The notes beneath the pieces were generated by a model. It did no database searches, was not told the origin of the DNA, and saw only the letters and a list, made by a program, of their open reading frames with translations. A stretch of DNA of 64,000 nucleotides from Candidatus Rokuibacteriota bacterium (lineage in GTDB: Bacteria; Methylomirabilota; Methylomirabilia; Rokubacteriales; DASRDR01), in contig JBIOVM010000116.1 of the NCBI GenBank assembly GCA_044867785.1, positions 67,145 through 131,144 on the forward strand. Reading direction: 5' to 3'. How positions within the stretch are numbered: position 1 is the first letter of the stretch; every line of letters begins with the position of its first letter. The translations under genes and the position numbers were made by a program. Of the stretch, positions 63,124-64,000 are shown in pieces.

Positions 63124-64000
63124 GTGTTGCCTCCGTCGGCCTCGGGACGCCGCGGCGATTCCAGCAGGGCGTCCGTGGCCGTCGCCGCGGGGTTCGGAGG
63201 TGACGACATGGCGGCGATCCGGCGTTCGAGCTCCTCGGCGGTCATGTTCCTCTGATAGGCCTCGATCCACGCTTCCGCCGGGAACGTGAGGTTCTTCATG
63301 GCGATCTCGACCAGGACGTTCGGCACGTACACGCCGTCGGAAGGCTGCGGCCACGTCTTGCCCAGCGGCTGGACGAACCGCAGGGTGACCAGCTCGGAAC
63401 CCGTCCCGAGCTGGACCGCCGGCCGCAGAGGCGGCAGGCCGGCCTCGGCCGGATCGAACTTCAAGGTGAGCGTGAACTCTCCGCGGGGGAGCACGATGGC
63501 CCGTCCCGCGAAGGTCGCGATGAGAAACGCCGAGCTCCCGTCGGGGCTCGGCAACGTCGTGATCCCGAGCTCGAGCGGCTGGCGGTGCGCGTACCGCGTC
63601 GGACACTCGTCCGCCGGCTCGACGTGTCGAACGCTGAGGGTGACGGTGACGCGGCGCCAGTCGACCGGTTCGGGCGTCCGTACCCAGAGCGCATAGGGGC
63701 GGCCGTGCGCATCCGTCACCGCTTCGATCGTGGTCTGGAGAACCGGCTCGGAGATTCCCCGCAAGGCATCGCCGCCCGCGCCGAACCGCACCCCGGTGTC
63801 GGCGGCGAAGCGACCGAAGCGCAGGCCGGCCGAGCCGTCGAGCCCGCCGAGATGGCCGCCAAGCGCGGGCGGCAGGTGCCAGTCGAGCGGGGGCACGGTG
63901 AGCTCGGACGGATAGGCGACGATCGGACCCGTGTCCAGGGCTTCGGCGAGCAGCGGGCTGGCCGGGCTGACCACTTTGGGGGGCTTGAACAGCTTGTCCT
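63120..64000 (-). CDS. hypothetical protein, N-terminally truncated by the window end, translationally coupled to the downstream 744-aa ORF
   Basis: Protein-like composition (…LWVRTPEPVDWRRVTVTLSVRHVEPADECPTRYAHRQPLELGITTLPSPDGS…). The frame is open to the window edge. Stop (TGA) at 63120-63122. Confidence 0.55.
   Translation of the reverse strand, partial: DKLFKPPKVVSPASPLLAEALDTGPIVAYPSELTVPPLDWHLPPALGGHLGGLDGSAGLRFGRFAADTGVRFGAGGDALRGISEPVLQTTIEAVTDAHGRPYALWVRTPEPVDWRRVTVTLSVRHVEPADECPTRYAHRQPLELGITTLPSPDGSSAFLIATFAGRAIVLPRGEFTLTLKFDPAEAGLPPLRPAVQLGTGSELVTLRFVQPLGKTWPQPSDGVYVPNVLVEIAMKNLTFPAEAWIEAYQRNMTAEELERRIAAMSSPPNPAATATDALLESPRRPEADGGNT

Overview
High-GC (about 70%) bacterial chromosomal segment, densely coded and mostly on the minus strand. 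Alternative frames carry many long spurious ORFs with Arg/Pro/Gly-rich translations, so I called genes on protein-family signal rather than ORF length. The organism looks diderm (lpxC, an Omp85 protein, an OmpA lipoprotein, NtrY/NtrX).

Housekeeping blocks:
- The translation-initiation cluster priA-def-fmt-rsmB-rpe, followed by udg4-coaBC-rpoZ-gmk-yicC.
- A Bacillus-like pyrimidine operon pyrR-pyrB-pyrC-carA-(87-aa ORF)-carB-pyrF-pyrE. Upstream of pyrR there is a recognisable PyrR binding loop and an intrinsic terminator, i.e. an attenuator.
- A DUF4390-ntrY-ntrX cluster next to a gamma-glutamyltransferase gene, and lpxC.
- NHEJ components Ku and a LigB/C-type ATP-dependent DNA ligase, about 30 kb apart.
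- An NMT1-type ABC importer, and an archease-rsmE-prmA set.

Accessory-looking content:
- A tightly packed six-gene operon: Zn-alcohol dehydrogenase, MOSC, cyclase, a hypothetical protein, an acyl-AMP ligase and an ACP.
- A partner-switching signalling module: STAS antagonist, MBL hydrolase, CHASE2-PP2C phosphatase, OmpA lipoprotein, FecR-like protein and an RsbW-like kinase.
- A cyclic-nucleotide-gated K+ channel overlapping an Omp85-family gene.
- A peptide/amino-acid catabolism patch: C69 dipeptidase, an orphan family-5 SBP, RidA, DUF1028 and an acyl-CoA dehydrogenase.
- Two large, translationally coupled ORFs of unknown function that run off the window end.

I found no rRNA, tRNA, CRISPR array or transposase.
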